DNA from: Steroidobacteraceae bacterium
GTDB taxonomy: Bacteria; Pseudomonadota; Gammaproteobacteria; Steroidobacterales; Steroidobacteraceae
Length of the DNA: 64,000 bases
Direction: 5' to 3'
NCBI GenBank assembly: GCA_035995425.1
Contig: DASYKM010000173.1
Location: forward strand, 101,875-165,874
Made by a program: the position numbers and the translations under genes. Positions 1-9,261 of this stretch are shown piece by piece (position 1 is the stretch's first letter; every line of letters starts with the position of its first letter). A model generated the notes under the pieces. That model had not been told where the DNA came from and did no database searches. It saw nothing but the letters and a program-made list of their open reading frames with translations.

Positions 1-2
1 CC

Positions 3-716
3 ATGAAAAAGATCCGCATGCTTGCATTGATTGCCTGTGGAATCGCGGCTTCCGCGTCCATCGCCTCGACGGGTACCTCGGAATCGAAACCGCAGAGCTG
101 GGATGCGTTCTGGCGCGCGCACAACGTGAATCCGCCGCCGCCGCGCAACTTCATGGGCAGTCTGCCGGCAAACCTGAAGGTGCTGAACATGACGAACGGC
201 GCCATCGACGACGCGGCCGCGCGACGCTGGGCCGAGGCAGCCTTGCGTCGAGGCCAGGCCGACAGATGGGCCGAGTGCAACCTGCGGCTCGACCTCGTGA
301 ATTCTGGAGTCCTGGGTCCGCCGGGCCTCAATGGGACCGGCCAGTTCGTCGAGAACGAGCTCGCCAACGGCACGAAATCGCTGAGCTGCAATCCAAGCGC
401 TGACGTCGAGAAGATCGCCGTGATCCATGTGACCGAGGACATGAGGCGCAAACATCCCGACGCGCACCTGACGCCCTATGTCATCGTCTTCATGTCGCGC
501 GTCAATGGCAGCGTCGGCACCCGCACGCGGTCTGATGGCAGCCAGGAAAGCCTGCCGACGCGCCTGAAGAAGGGCGAGATGGCCTGGCAGCTCGACATCG
601 GGCAGATCCGCGACAATCCGGCGATCGGTCAGCTCTGGTATCAGGCCAACGGCTTTGGCTGCAGAGCGGATGGGTCCACGCCGCTCGACGACATCTGCGC
701 TCTCGTGAAGCCGTAG
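3..716 (+). CDS. secreted hypothetical protein
   Basis: ATG at 3. N-terminal signal-peptide-like MKKIRMLALIACGIAASASIAS. No family motif recognised. Confidence 0.55.
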   Translation: MKKIRMLALIACGIAASASIASTGTSESKPQSWDAFWRAHNVNPPPPRNFMGSLPANLKVLNMTNGAIDDAAARRWAEAALRRGQADRWAECNLRLDLVNSGVLGPPGLNGTGQFVENELANGTKSLSCNPSADVEKIAVIHVTEDMRRKHPDAHLTPYVIVFMSRVNGSVGTRTRSDGSQESLPTRLKKGEMAWQLDIGQIRDNPAIGQLWYQANGFGCRADGSTPLDDICALVKP

Positions 717-1472
717 TTAGACGCCGGCTGGATGCCGGCCGGCGCGCTGCGGCAGGATGAAGATGAGTGCCAGCATGACGACGCCCAGCGCCAGCGACGC
801 GACCGGGCGGCTCAAGTTCAGCCCGCCATGGTCAATCGGCTTGTCGAGATAGTCGCCCAGCGTTGCGCCCAGCGGCCGCGTGAGAATGAACGCGGCCCAG
901 AAGAGCGTCACGCGCGAGATCGACGTCCAGAAATAGGCGGCGGCGACGAGCGCGAGGGCCGCCCCGAACACCAGCGCCGCGCCGGTGTAACCGAGCCCCG
1001 TGTCATCGGCCATCCAGTCGCCGAGAGCCGTGCCCAGCGTCTGGGAGAATGTGATCGTCGCCCAATAGAACGCTTCGACTTTCGGCGTGTTGACCGTGTC
1101 GACTGATACCGATCCTTGCGACCGATACCAGATTGCGAGGATCGCGAGCACGCAGATGAGCAGCACCGTCGATCCACCGGCATAGCCGATGCCCAGCGAG
1201 CGGTCGGCGAAATCGGCCATGGTGGTGCCGGCCGTCGTCGAGGCGACGATCGTGGCCCAATAGAGCAGCGGGTGAAATTTCGCGGCGCGTATCTGCACGA
1301 CGACCAGCACCAGCAGCGCGCTCAGGAAGATGAAGGTGCCGGTCAGGTAACCCAGGTTCATGGTCATCGTGACCGTGTCGCCGCCGGTTTCGCCGAGCGT
1401 GGTGGCGAGGATCTTGATGATCCAGAAGCCCAGCGTGACGGCGGGGATCTTGGAGACAGTGTCGTTGTTCAT
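717..1472 (-). CDS. integral membrane protein (COG4705-like repeated TM module)
   Basis: Hydrophobic throughout. An internal duplication is visible: 'LGETGGDTVT...' and 'LGTALGDWMAD', 'LGATLGDYLDK'. Confidence 0.6.
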   Translation of the reverse strand: MNNDTVSKIPAVTLGFWIIKILATTLGETGGDTVTMTMNLGYLTGTFIFLSALLVLVVVQIRAAKFHPLLYWATIVASTTAGTTMADFADRSLGIGYAGGSTVLLICVLAILAIWYRSQGSVSVDTVNTPKVEAFYWATITFSQTLGTALGDWMADDTGLGYTGAALVFGAALALVAAAYFWTSISRVTLFWAAFILTRPLGATLGDYLDKPIDHGGLNLSRPVASLALGVVMLALIFILPQRAGRHPAGV

Positions 1473-1538
1473 TCGCTGCGATCTTAGACGTCACGCGCAG
1501 TCGTGTCCCGTCGCCCGACAGTGCGCTCACGGCTGGCT

Positions 1539-2282
1539 TCAGGTTTTGGCGTATTCGTCATGCCGCTTCCACCACGGTCCCGTCTCGTTGCGCCCCATCG
1601 GCGCGCGGTCCAACCACTGGTACGCGCCCCACAGGCCGTCCAGCCCGCGCGCGTAGGTGGAATAGGTGTGATGGATCACGCCGTCCTTCAGCGCAAACGC
1701 GCTCATGCCCGGCCGGTCGCGCGTGTAGGTAGGGGCGTCGGTTCCGCAGTTCGCGGCGAACTGCACCACTGGTTCGGCGTGGCCACCGCGCTCGTAGTTG
1801 TACTCGATGGTTCCCGCACGTTGTTCTTCGGCTGTAAACGCGATGTTGAAGTCGAAGTTGAAGTCCGAACCGTTCGAGGACGCCCACGGGAACGTCCACC
1901 CCATGCGCCGCTTGTATGCCTGCAGCTTGGGCAGGGGCGCGCGCGACACGGCAGCCAGCGCGACATCGTGGTTTGCCAGGTGCACCGCGAAGCCCTCGAA
2001 GCCATCGGCGATCATCGAGCACGACGGGCAGCCGGCCTTGTAGTCGGGCCCGAACATGAAGTGATAGACCAGGAGCTGCGAGCGCCCGCGGAAGAGGTCC
2101 TTGAGCGTCGCGGTGCCGGCATCCGTCTCGAATCGGTACTCCTTATCTATACGCACCCAGGGCAGCGCCTGACGCAGCCGCGCCAGTTCGTCGCTGCGGC
2201 GTGTGAGCTCTTTTTCCGCCTCGAGCAGCTCGAGCCGCTTCGCCAGCCATTCCTTTCGCGTGCCTACGGGGTGTCGAGTCAT
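1539..2282 (-). CDS. DUF899 thioredoxin-like family protein
   Basis: N-terminal 'REWLAKRLELLEAEKELTR..DELA..RQALPW' and 'LVYHFMFGPDYKAGCPSCS' are typical of DUF899. The start overlaps the stop of the upstream SRPBCC gene by 4 nt. Confidence 0.75.
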   Translation of the reverse strand: MTRHPVGTRKEWLAKRLELLEAEKELTRRSDELARLRQALPWVRIDKEYRFETDAGTATLKDLFRGRSQLLVYHFMFGPDYKAGCPSCSMIADGFEGFAVHLANHDVALAAVSRAPLPKLQAYKRRMGWTFPWASSNGSDFNFDFNIAFTAEEQRAGTIEYNYERGGHAEPVVQFAANCGTDAPTYTRDRPGMSAFALKDGVIHHTYSTYARGLDGLWGAYQWLDRAPMGRNETGPWWKRHDEYAKT

Positions 2283-2707
2283 TTCGAGTCTCCTTCGATC
2301 AGGCTGCGCAAATCATCCTTGATGAGCGAGCTCCATGCGTCCGAGCAAGCTTCGAAACATTCATGGTCGGGAAGCAGGCCGACATGCGTGAAGCGCACTT
2401 CGGTCTTGGCATTTTTCTTCGCAATTTCGAAAGTGATCTTCGTGCCGTTCCACTCGCTCTTGTTTTCGACAAAATTCAAGGCGCCGTCGAGCACCAGCCA
2501 GACAACCTTCTTGCCGGGCACGAGCTCCGTGACGCGCTGTTTGCTCCAATGGAGGTCCTTGTAGCGATACGTAAACTCATCGCCGACTTTCTCGGCGCTC
2601 CCTTCGATTTTCCCCGTCCACCATGCGCGCACGTCCTTGATGGCCTCGAAGACTCGTGCCGGCGTCTGCTCGACGAGCATGGTCGTGTTGAAATTTCGCT
2701 TGCTCAT
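2279..2707 (-). CDS. SRPBCC / AHSA1-like domain protein
   Basis: 142 aa. 'PARVFEAIKDVRAWWTGKIEG' matches Activator-of-Hsp90-ATPase-like SRPBCC proteins. Confidence 0.7.
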   Translation of the reverse strand: MSKRNFNTTMLVEQTPARVFEAIKDVRAWWTGKIEGSAEKVGDEFTYRYKDLHWSKQRVTELVPGKKVVWLVLDGALNFVENKSEWNGTKITFEIAKKNAKTEVRFTHVGLLPDHECFEACSDAWSSLIKDDLRSLIEGDSK

Positions 2708-2790
2708 GAATCGCTCCTCTCATTTCACATTGGGGGTATCTTTGACGAGAGGCGGCCGAGCATGGGAGTGACAAGTTTGGCGGGATTCGC

Positions 2791-4008
2791 TTGGATTCTT
2801 TGATCACTGCTGCCGGGCGAGCCCTCGCCGCGGGAAACCCGCTGGGTGCGCTCAAGCTCGTCGCGCTGCGCGACGACGCACCGGCGCTGGCGCTGCGCGG
2901 CATTGCCATGGCGCAGCTCGGTGATTTCGCCAAGGCAAAAACGCTCTTGCGAAATGCCGCACGAAAATTTGGCGTGAAGGAGCCGGTGTCGCGCGCGCGT
3001 TGCGTCGTCGCCGAAGCCGAAGTCGCGCTGGCCTCGCGAGATCTGGCCTGGGACGCGAAGGGCTTGAAGGCGGCGCGTGTCACGCTCGATGAGCACGGCG
3101 ATCGGGCCAATGCCGCACACGCGCACTATCTGGAGGTGCGGCGGCTTCTGCTCATCGGGCGTCTCGACGAAGCCGAACGGCTGCTCGACGACCTCGACGC
3201 CGCGGATTGTTCACCGGCGTTGCGTACCGTTCATGAGCTGGTGATCGCGGGCATTGCCATCCGGCGCATCCGTACGAAAGACGCTCGCGCGGCATTGGTC
3301 CGGGCCGAGCACGCCGTGCGCGTGGCGGATATTCCGGCGCTGTGGGCCGAGGTCGATTCGGCACTGCGAATATTGAACGTGCCCGCCGCGCGGCTCATTA
3401 CGAATGGCGAAGACGAGCCACTGCGGCTCGAAGAAGTGGAAGCGCTGCTCGCGTCGCGCGTCTTCGTCGTCGACGCCTGCCGACTCACGGTTCGCCAGGG
3501 CAACACAGTTGTTGCGCTCAACAAGCGGCCGGTGCTGTTCGCGCTCGCGAGGGCATTGGCGGAAGCCTGGCCTGGCGATGTTTCGCGGGACTCGTTGGTC
3601 GCACGCGCCTTTCGCCTGAAGCGCGCCGACGAATCGCTGCGTGCGCGATTGCGCGTGGAGATCGGCCGCCTGCGTCGCGTATTGCGACCGCTGGCGGATC
3701 TCGTCGCCACACCGCAGGGCTTCGCATTGAAGCCACGCCGCGCGCGCGAAGTCGCGGTGCTCGCGCTGCCCGTGGAAGAGCAATACGCCACCGTGCTCGC
3801 GCTGCTGTCGGACGGCGAATCGTGGTCGAGCTCGGCATTGGGGCTGGCGCTCGGAACCAGTCAGCGCACCGTGCAGCGCGCTCTGGACGATCTCGCGGCC
3901 GCCGGCAAAGTGCAGTCCTACGGTCACGGGCGCGCGCGACGCTGGCTGACGCCGTTGCCGGGATTCACGACGGCCTTGTTACTCCCCACCTCGCTGCCAG
4001 TTGATTAG
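2791..4008 (+). CDS. hypothetical regulator-like protein with C-terminal winged-HTH
   Basis: C-terminal 'SQRTVQRALDDLAAAGKVQSYGHGRARRW' looks like a wHTH. The track start is TTG, so the true start is uncertain. Confidence 0.4.
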   Translation: MDSLITAAGRALAAGNPLGALKLVALRDDAPALALRGIAMAQLGDFAKAKTLLRNAARKFGVKEPVSRARCVVAEAEVALASRDLAWDAKGLKAARVTLDEHGDRANAAHAHYLEVRRLLLIGRLDEAERLLDDLDAADCSPALRTVHELVIAGIAIRRIRTKDARAALVRAEHAVRVADIPALWAEVDSALRILNVPAARLITNGEDEPLRLEEVEALLASRVFVVDACRLTVRQGNTVVALNKRPVLFALARALAEAWPGDVSRDSLVARAFRLKRADESLRARLRVEIGRLRRVLRPLADLVATPQGFALKPRRAREVAVLALPVEEQYATVLALLSDGESWSSSALGLALGTSQRTVQRALDDLAAAGKVQSYGHGRARRWLTPLPGFTTALLLPTSLPVD

Positions 4009-4018
4009 GATTCCTCGC

Positions 4019-4666
4019 ATGAACAATTCAAAAGCAGATGTGATTCGCGAATACGGGCCCTTCGAAGGCGTCGAGAGCGTGGCGGGAGTCACCTACGACG
4101 GCGAAAACGTGTGGTTCGCCTCGGGCAACAAACTCAATGCGTTCGATCCCGCGAGCGGCAAGACCGTGCGCGCCATCGACGTCGCCGCGCATGCGGGCAC
4201 GGCCTTCGACGGCAAGCACCTGTTCCAGATCTCCGAAAGCCGCATCCAGAAGATAGACGCGAAAACCGGCCGCGTGCTCGGTACGATTCCCGCGCCCGGC
4301 AACGGCGGTGATTCAGGCATGGCGTGGGCGGAAGGGTCGCTGTGGGTCGGCGAGTATCGCGCCCGCAAGATTCATCAGATAGATCCGGAGACCGGCAAGA
4401 TTCTGCGCACCATCGAATCCAATCGCTTCGTCACCGGCGTGACCTGGGTCGATGGCGAGATGTGGCACGGCACCTGGGAGAACGAGCAAAGCGAGTTGCG
4501 CCACGTCGATGCGCAGAGCGGCAAAGTGCTGGAGAGCGTCGAGCTGCCGGCCGGCGTGTTCGTCTCCGGGCTCGAGTCAGACGGGAAGGATCAATTCTTC
4601 TGCGGCGGTGGCAAGAGCGGGAAGGTGCGGGCCGTGCGCCGTCCACGGAAAGCGAAGGCCGCGTAG
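4019..4666 (+). CDS. glutamine cyclotransferase-like beta-propeller protein
   Basis: ATG at 4019 preceded by 'agga' 8 nt upstream; the track start at 4001 is TTG. Repeated blade-like segments (GVTYDGENVWF, GTAFDGKHLF, GMAWAEGSLWV, GVTWVDGEMW). Confidence 0.55.
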   Translation: MNNSKADVIREYGPFEGVESVAGVTYDGENVWFASGNKLNAFDPASGKTVRAIDVAAHAGTAFDGKHLFQISESRIQKIDAKTGRVLGTIPAPGNGGDSGMAWAEGSLWVGEYRARKIHQIDPETGKILRTIESNRFVTGVTWVDGEMWHGTWENEQSELRHVDAQSGKVLESVELPAGVFVSGLESDGKDQFFCGGGKSGKVRAVRRPRKAKAA

Positions 4667-4671
4667 TTGCA

Positions 4672-5715
4672 TTACTTCCGATGGGGCCGCAGCGCATCCG
4701 CGAGCAGTGAAGTAGGCAAGGCTGGCGGCGATGCAAATATCTTCGCTTGCCAGTCCGGCACCCACGCATCGAGAAGCAGGAACAACGCGAGGCCTTCCTC
4801 CTGGGACCAGGCCTTTCGATTGTCTCGTATGAAATCGACGGTCGCTGCGTCGCTCGCGGTGGGATCCGCGTGCGCCTTGGCGTACCGGTACGCAGCCCAC
4901 TGGGCCGCGCCCTCCATGCTGAGAAACAGCTCCTCGAATTCCGCGTACATTTGGTCCACACCTTTGAAGTATCGCGCCCGGCGCTGACGGATCATCGACA
5001 GGCCTCGCGCCGTCAATGCATGGCGCTTGCTCAGGTCGGCTTCGGAGGCGGCCTGGAAGAGCACGTCGCGCTCGGCCTCGAAAGCCTTCGTGAAGCCAGG
5101 AACACTTTCGAATCGATGCTGGATGATGTCGTCGTCAAGGTGCAGGTCGGGCAGATTGTTGCGATCGGCCACCTTCTGCATCTGCTCGACAAGCGCGGGC
5201 AGCTGCTGCGTATGGACCATCTCGTGTATCAGCACTCCCAACATGTATCGCACGAGCGTGGGGTCGCGCGCGTACTGGGGATCGAGCAACCACACCTCGG
5301 GCAAGGCCATCACGAAGAACGTCGCCGAGCCCTCGCCATACATCGACGCGTAGGCGATCGGATCGGCGGGAATGTCATCACCGCGCGGCAAACGAATCGT
5401 GCCGCCGTGTGGCTTTGCCCGAACCGGAATGGCGGCTCCGGCGAACGACAGTGAGGTCGCGATCGGCACCGTTTCAACCGGCACGCCGTCGCCAGGCATG
5501 AGATGCCAGACGCACGAGTTATCGAACAAGACCATCCATGGCAGCGGAGCGTTCTCCAGGTGCAACGACTCGCTCATCTCGTGCCAACCGTCGAGCGCCT
5601 TCTGGATCCATTGCGACTCCACTTCGGCGAGAGAGCAGACCGGTGCCGACCGAGCCGCTGGGTGCACGAACAACAGTGCTGCGAAGACGCTGAACAAAGC
5701 CCGAGGGTGTCTCAT
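4672..5715 (-). CDS. secreted HExxH metallopeptidase-like protein
   Basis: Internal ATG at 5715 gives MRHPRALFSVFAALLFVHPAARSAP, a signal peptide. 'LIHEMVHTQQ' is an HExxH motif. The 69-aa upstream extension in the track is Arg/Ala-rich junk. Confidence 0.55.
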   Translation of the reverse strand: MRHPRALFSVFAALLFVHPAARSAPVCSLAEVESQWIQKALDGWHEMSESLHLENAPLPWMVLFDNSCVWHLMPGDGVPVETVPIATSLSFAGAAIPVRAKPHGGTIRLPRGDDIPADPIAYASMYGEGSATFFVMALPEVWLLDPQYARDPTLVRYMLGVLIHEMVHTQQLPALVEQMQKVADRNNLPDLHLDDDIIQHRFESVPGFTKAFEAERDVLFQAASEADLSKRHALTARGLSMIRQRRARYFKGVDQMYAEFEELFLSMEGAAQWAAYRYAKAHADPTASDAATVDFIRDNRKAWSQEEGLALFLLLDAWVPDWQAKIFASPPALPTSLLADALRPHRK

Positions 5716-5783
5716 CGAAAGATTGTAAGCGGTTCCGCCGCGCCCTACAGTGGTGGAAGGTAGTTGGAGGGCGGGATTGCTCG

Positions 5784-6860
5784 ATGCGGCGCGTGCTAAA
5801 GACACTCGGTGTCCTTCTTGGAATCGCCGTTGTGGGCGTGCTCGTCCTGCTGTGCTGGCCATTCGTGAACCGGTCAGCGCCCGCGAGCCGACCGGTGCCG
5901 ATGCCGGAACTCCCGATGACAAATCCGCGGCCTCTCGTCGCGTTCATCGAAACCCGGGCGGAGGGTATCGACGCGTTCGTCGTTCACAAGAACGGCGCGG
6001 TCATCTTCAGCTACGGCCAGGCGGATGTGCCGATGAACTTGGCCTCGGCTCGCAAGAGTGTGCTCAGCCTTCTGTACGGAATTGCTTGGGACCGCGGACT
6101 CATCAAGCTATCGAAGGCACTCGGTGAGCTGGGCATCGATGAAAGCGCCACGCCCCTGACTCAGATCGAACGGCAGGCGACCATCGAACAACTTCTGCAG
6201 GCGCGATCGGGTGTCTATCTTCCCGCGGATGCGGAGACGCCGGAGATGAAGGCCGCTCGCCCGAAGCGCGGGCAGTATGCGCCGGGCGAGCACTTCTATT
6301 ACAACAACTGGGACTTCAATGTTCTGGGCGCGATATTCGAGAAAGAAACGGGGATGCGCATCGGCGACGCCTTGGATCAGTGGCTCGCACAGCCGCTCGG
6401 CATGGAGGATTTCAGTCCCTCGCATGTCTACTTCGGTCGCAGAGAGGGAACGACGGACTTCCCGGCGTACCGCATGAACATGAGCGCCCGGGATCTTGCG
6501 CGCCTGGGCACGCTGGTTCTTCAAAAAGGTGAATGGAAAGGAACAAGGATCGTCTCCGAAGCTTGGTTGAACAGGAGCTTTGCGGCCTCTTCGACTTTCG
6601 CGACGATGCAATGGGGGTTCTCCAACAACGCGTATGGCTACTCGTGGTGGCTCAACACGGACAACGGCGCGGTCGTGGCCGATGGATGGGGTGGCCAATA
6701 CCTGTATGTCGATCGTGCCAACAACATGGTGGTGGTCGCGCGGCGCGATATGGGCAATTCGAGTTTGGGATTTCTATGGTTCAGTCAGTTCAAGAAACCC
6801 GGCAACCAGGTTGACGTGATGACTCTGCGGGAACTGGCGCTGCAGCAGCCGACTCAGTAA
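5784..6860 (+). CDS. serine hydrolase, beta-lactamase (class C / PBP4*-like) family
   Basis: N-terminal TM helix, S-x-x-K ('SARKS') and Y-x-N ('YYNNW'). Confidence 0.75.
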   Translation: MRRVLKTLGVLLGIAVVGVLVLLCWPFVNRSAPASRPVPMPELPMTNPRPLVAFIETRAEGIDAFVVHKNGAVIFSYGQADVPMNLASARKSVLSLLYGIAWDRGLIKLSKALGELGIDESATPLTQIERQATIEQLLQARSGVYLPADAETPEMKAARPKRGQYAPGEHFYYNNWDFNVLGAIFEKETGMRIGDALDQWLAQPLGMEDFSPSHVYFGRREGTTDFPAYRMNMSARDLARLGTLVLQKGEWKGTRIVSEAWLNRSFAASSTFATMQWGFSNNAYGYSWWLNTDNGAVVADGWGGQYLYVDRANNMVVVARRDMGNSSLGFLWFSQFKKPGNQVDVMTLRELALQQPTQ

Positions 6861-6885
6861 GGGCGAAACCTTTTCGCCAGCCACC

Positions 6886-6912
6886 TGTCACAGCCGCACC
6901 TGACGAGTCGTC
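6886..6912 (+). promoter_or_regulatory. ECF41-type promoter motif TGTCACA-N16-CGTC upstream of the sigma gene
   Basis: TGTCACA at 6886-6892, exactly 16 nt, then CGTC at 6909-6912. The sigma ATG at 6921 is only 8 nt downstream. Confidence 0.55.
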
Positions 6913-6920
6913 TTACTTCC

Positions 6921-7808
6921 ATGCAGGCCGAAATCGAAAATCGTCACAGCGCCGCGTTCGCGGAGAACCGCGGACGCCTGTGGAGCATCGCCTATCGCAT
7001 GCTCGGCTCGCGCGCCGATGCCGACGATGCGGTGCAGGACGCCTATCTTCGCTGGCATGGCGCGCACCTCGAAGAAATCCGTTCGCCGCAGGCGTGGCTA
7101 GTCACCACCATCACGCGGCTGTGCCTCGACCGGCTGAAGCAACTGCGCGCCGAGCGCGAGCACTACACCGGGCCATGGCTGCCCGAGCCCATCGTCGAGG
7201 AGCCACACGCCCCCGACAAGACCGCTGAGCTCGCGTCGGAACTGTCCGTCGCGCTGCTGACCGTGCTCGAGCGGCTCGCGCCCGAGGAGCGCGCCGCATT
7301 CCTGCTGCACGAGATGTTCGACAGCGGCTACGACGACATCGCGCAGATCCTCGGCAAGAGCGAGGCCGCGTGTCGCCAGATCGTGAGCCGCGCGGTGAAG
7401 CGCGTGCGCGCGGAGCGGCCGCGCGTGCACGTCAGCGCGGAGGCCAAGCAACGCCTGCTCGACGGGCTCGTACAGGCGCTGCAAACGCACGACAAGGATG
7501 CGCTGCTGAAAATCCTGGCCAAGGATTCCGCCTGGATTTCCGACGGCGGCGGCAAGGCGCGCGCCGCACTCAAAGTGATTCGCGGCGCCGAGAGCGTGGC
7601 GCGGTTCGGCACCGGCGTGTACCGCAAGATACGTCAGTACGTCACGTTCCAACGCGTCGTCGTCAATGGCGAGCCCGGCTATGCCGGGTTCTACAACGGC
7701 CGGCTGTTTTCGGTCATCACCATCCGCACCGACGGTGAACGCATCCTGAATATCTTCACCATCCTGAACCCCGACAAGCTGCGCGCCGTCGAGGTCACGA
7801 AACACTGA
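6921..7808 (+). CDS. ECF sigma factor with fused C-terminal SnoaL-like regulatory domain (ECF41 / SigJ-like)
   Basis: 295 aa. Region 2 'RLWSIAYRMLGSRADADDAVQDAYLRW', region 4 'ERAAFLLHEMFDSGYDDIAQILGKSEAACRQIVSRA', plus an extra C-terminal extension of about 100 aa. Confidence 0.85.
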   Translation: MQAEIENRHSAAFAENRGRLWSIAYRMLGSRADADDAVQDAYLRWHGAHLEEIRSPQAWLVTTITRLCLDRLKQLRAEREHYTGPWLPEPIVEEPHAPDKTAELASELSVALLTVLERLAPEERAAFLLHEMFDSGYDDIAQILGKSEAACRQIVSRAVKRVRAERPRVHVSAEAKQRLLDGLVQALQTHDKDALLKILAKDSAWISDGGGKARAALKVIRGAESVARFGTGVYRKIRQYVTFQRVVVNGEPGYAGFYNGRLFSVITIRTDGERILNIFTILNPDKLRAVEVTKH

Positions 7809-7810
7809 CC

Positions 7811-7837
7811 TGTCACAACCGCAAGGCTTGACTCGTC
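7811..7837 (+). promoter_or_regulatory. ECF41-type promoter motif TGTCACA-N16-CGTC upstream of the CMD gene
   Basis: TGTCACA at 7811-7817, 16 nt, then CGTC at 7834-7837, 39 nt upstream of the ATG at 7876. A 7-bp hairpin (ggtttcg/cgaaacc) lies at 7840-7860. Confidence 0.65.
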
Positions 7838-7875
7838 TAGGTTTCGTAAACATCGAAACCGAAGGAGTGAAAGCC

Positions 7876-8367
7876 ATGAAACCCCGAATCGATTTTCTGC
7901 GTGTGTCACCGAAGGCCATGCAGGCCATGCTGGGCCTGCAAAACTACGTGAATGCCTCCGGCCTCGAGCACTCGCTGATGGAGCTCGTGAAGATGCGCGC
8001 TTCGCAGATCAACCACTGCGCCTACTGCCTCGACATGCACAGCAAGGACATGCGCGCCGCCGGCGAGACCGAGCAGCGCATCTATCTTCTCAATGCCTGG
8101 CGCGAGGCGCCGTTCTATAGCGACCGCGAGCGCGCCGCGCTCGAGTGGACCGAGACACTGACGCTGGTGAGTGAGACCGAGGCGCCGGACAGCGCGTTCG
8201 CCATCGTGCGGCAGCATTTCTCCGAAGAGGAGATCGTAAACCTCTCGCTCGCCATCGTCGCGATCAATGGGTGGAACCGCTTGTGTGTCGGGCTGCGGGC
8301 GGAGGCGGGGACGTATCAGCCGCGCGCCGCGGTGTCCGAGGCCGCCGCGAAACGGGCGCTTCCCTAA
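7876..8367 (+). CDS. carboxymuconolactone decarboxylase (AhpD-like) family protein
   Basis: 'NHCAYCLDMHSKD' is the CxxC AhpD/CMD motif. ATG at 7876 has 'gaaggag' upstream. The track start at 7828 would lie inside the promoter motif. Confidence 0.85.
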   Translation: MKPRIDFLRVSPKAMQAMLGLQNYVNASGLEHSLMELVKMRASQINHCAYCLDMHSKDMRAAGETEQRIYLLNAWREAPFYSDRERAALEWTETLTLVSETEAPDSAFAIVRQHFSEEEIVNLSLAIVAINGWNRLCVGLRAEAGTYQPRAAVSEAAAKRALP

Positions 8368-8430
8368 CGTCGCGAGGCGTGCTTTCATCCGCGCCGGGCA
8401 CGGATGCCAATGGGACGCGAGCGCAGCGCG

Positions 8431-9261
8431 ATGAAAAAGGAATTGGTGATCACCAGCGACGATCTCGGTATGACCCTCAGTGTCAACCAGGGCGTCGACA
8501 AGGCGCGCGAGCTGGGCGCGCTCACCAGCACCAACGTCATGGTGCCTTGTCCCTGGTTCGAGCACGCCGCGGTGCTCTTCCGCGATTCGGCCATCGACGT
8601 GGGCGTTCATTTCACGCTGACCTGCGAATGGACCCACTACAAGTGGCGGCCGCTCACGCGCGCGCCTTCCCTGCTCGATCGGGCCGGAGTCATGTATCGC
8701 ACCGTGTTCGATCTGATGACCCATGCGAATGCCGAAGACATTCGCGGTGAATGCCGCGCGCAGATCGAAACCGCGCTGCGGCGCGGGCTGCCGATAGGCT
8801 ATGCCGACGTGCACATGTGCATCCCGGTGGTGGAAGAATCCGCGGGCGCCTCGCGCATTGCGAACCCGGACTACGAGCTCGCACTCATGAATATCGTCGG
8901 CGGTGTCGCCCGTGAGTTCGGGTTGCCCTATCCCTATGCGCTCAAGGGCGAACGTCTCGAGCACTTCCGCTCCGCCTTGTCCATTTCCGGCAAGGGGCGT
9001 GATGCGATAGAGCGATACATCGGCTCGCTCGAGCCGGGCATTCACCATCTGAGCTGCCATTGCGCCATCGATTCGGAGGAGCAGAGCAATCTATCGGACG
9101 CTTCCGCCGCGGAATATCCGTGGTCTCTGCAGTATCGAGCTGATGACCTGCAATGCATCACGTCGCCGTGGTTCCGGAATTTGCTGGCCGTGCACGAGGT
9201 GCGCCTGGTGCGCATGCCATTTGGCGGGCGGCCCGCCGTTTCGAGTGTCACCGCGTCGTGA
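8431..9261 (+). CDS. YdjC / ChbG / HpnK-family carbohydrate deacetylase
   Basis: 'MKKELVITSDDLGMT' is the characteristic YdjC N-terminus. Upstream ATGs at 8404 and 8410 are also possible starts. Confidence 0.75.
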   Translation: MKKELVITSDDLGMTLSVNQGVDKARELGALTSTNVMVPCPWFEHAAVLFRDSAIDVGVHFTLTCEWTHYKWRPLTRAPSLLDRAGVMYRTVFDLMTHANAEDIRGECRAQIETALRRGLPIGYADVHMCIPVVEESAGASRIANPDYELALMNIVGGVAREFGLPYPYALKGERLEHFRSALSISGKGRDAIERYIGSLEPGIHHLSCHCAIDSEEQSNLSDASAAEYPWSLQYRADDLQCITSPWFRNLLAVHEVRLVRMPFGGRPAVSSVTAS

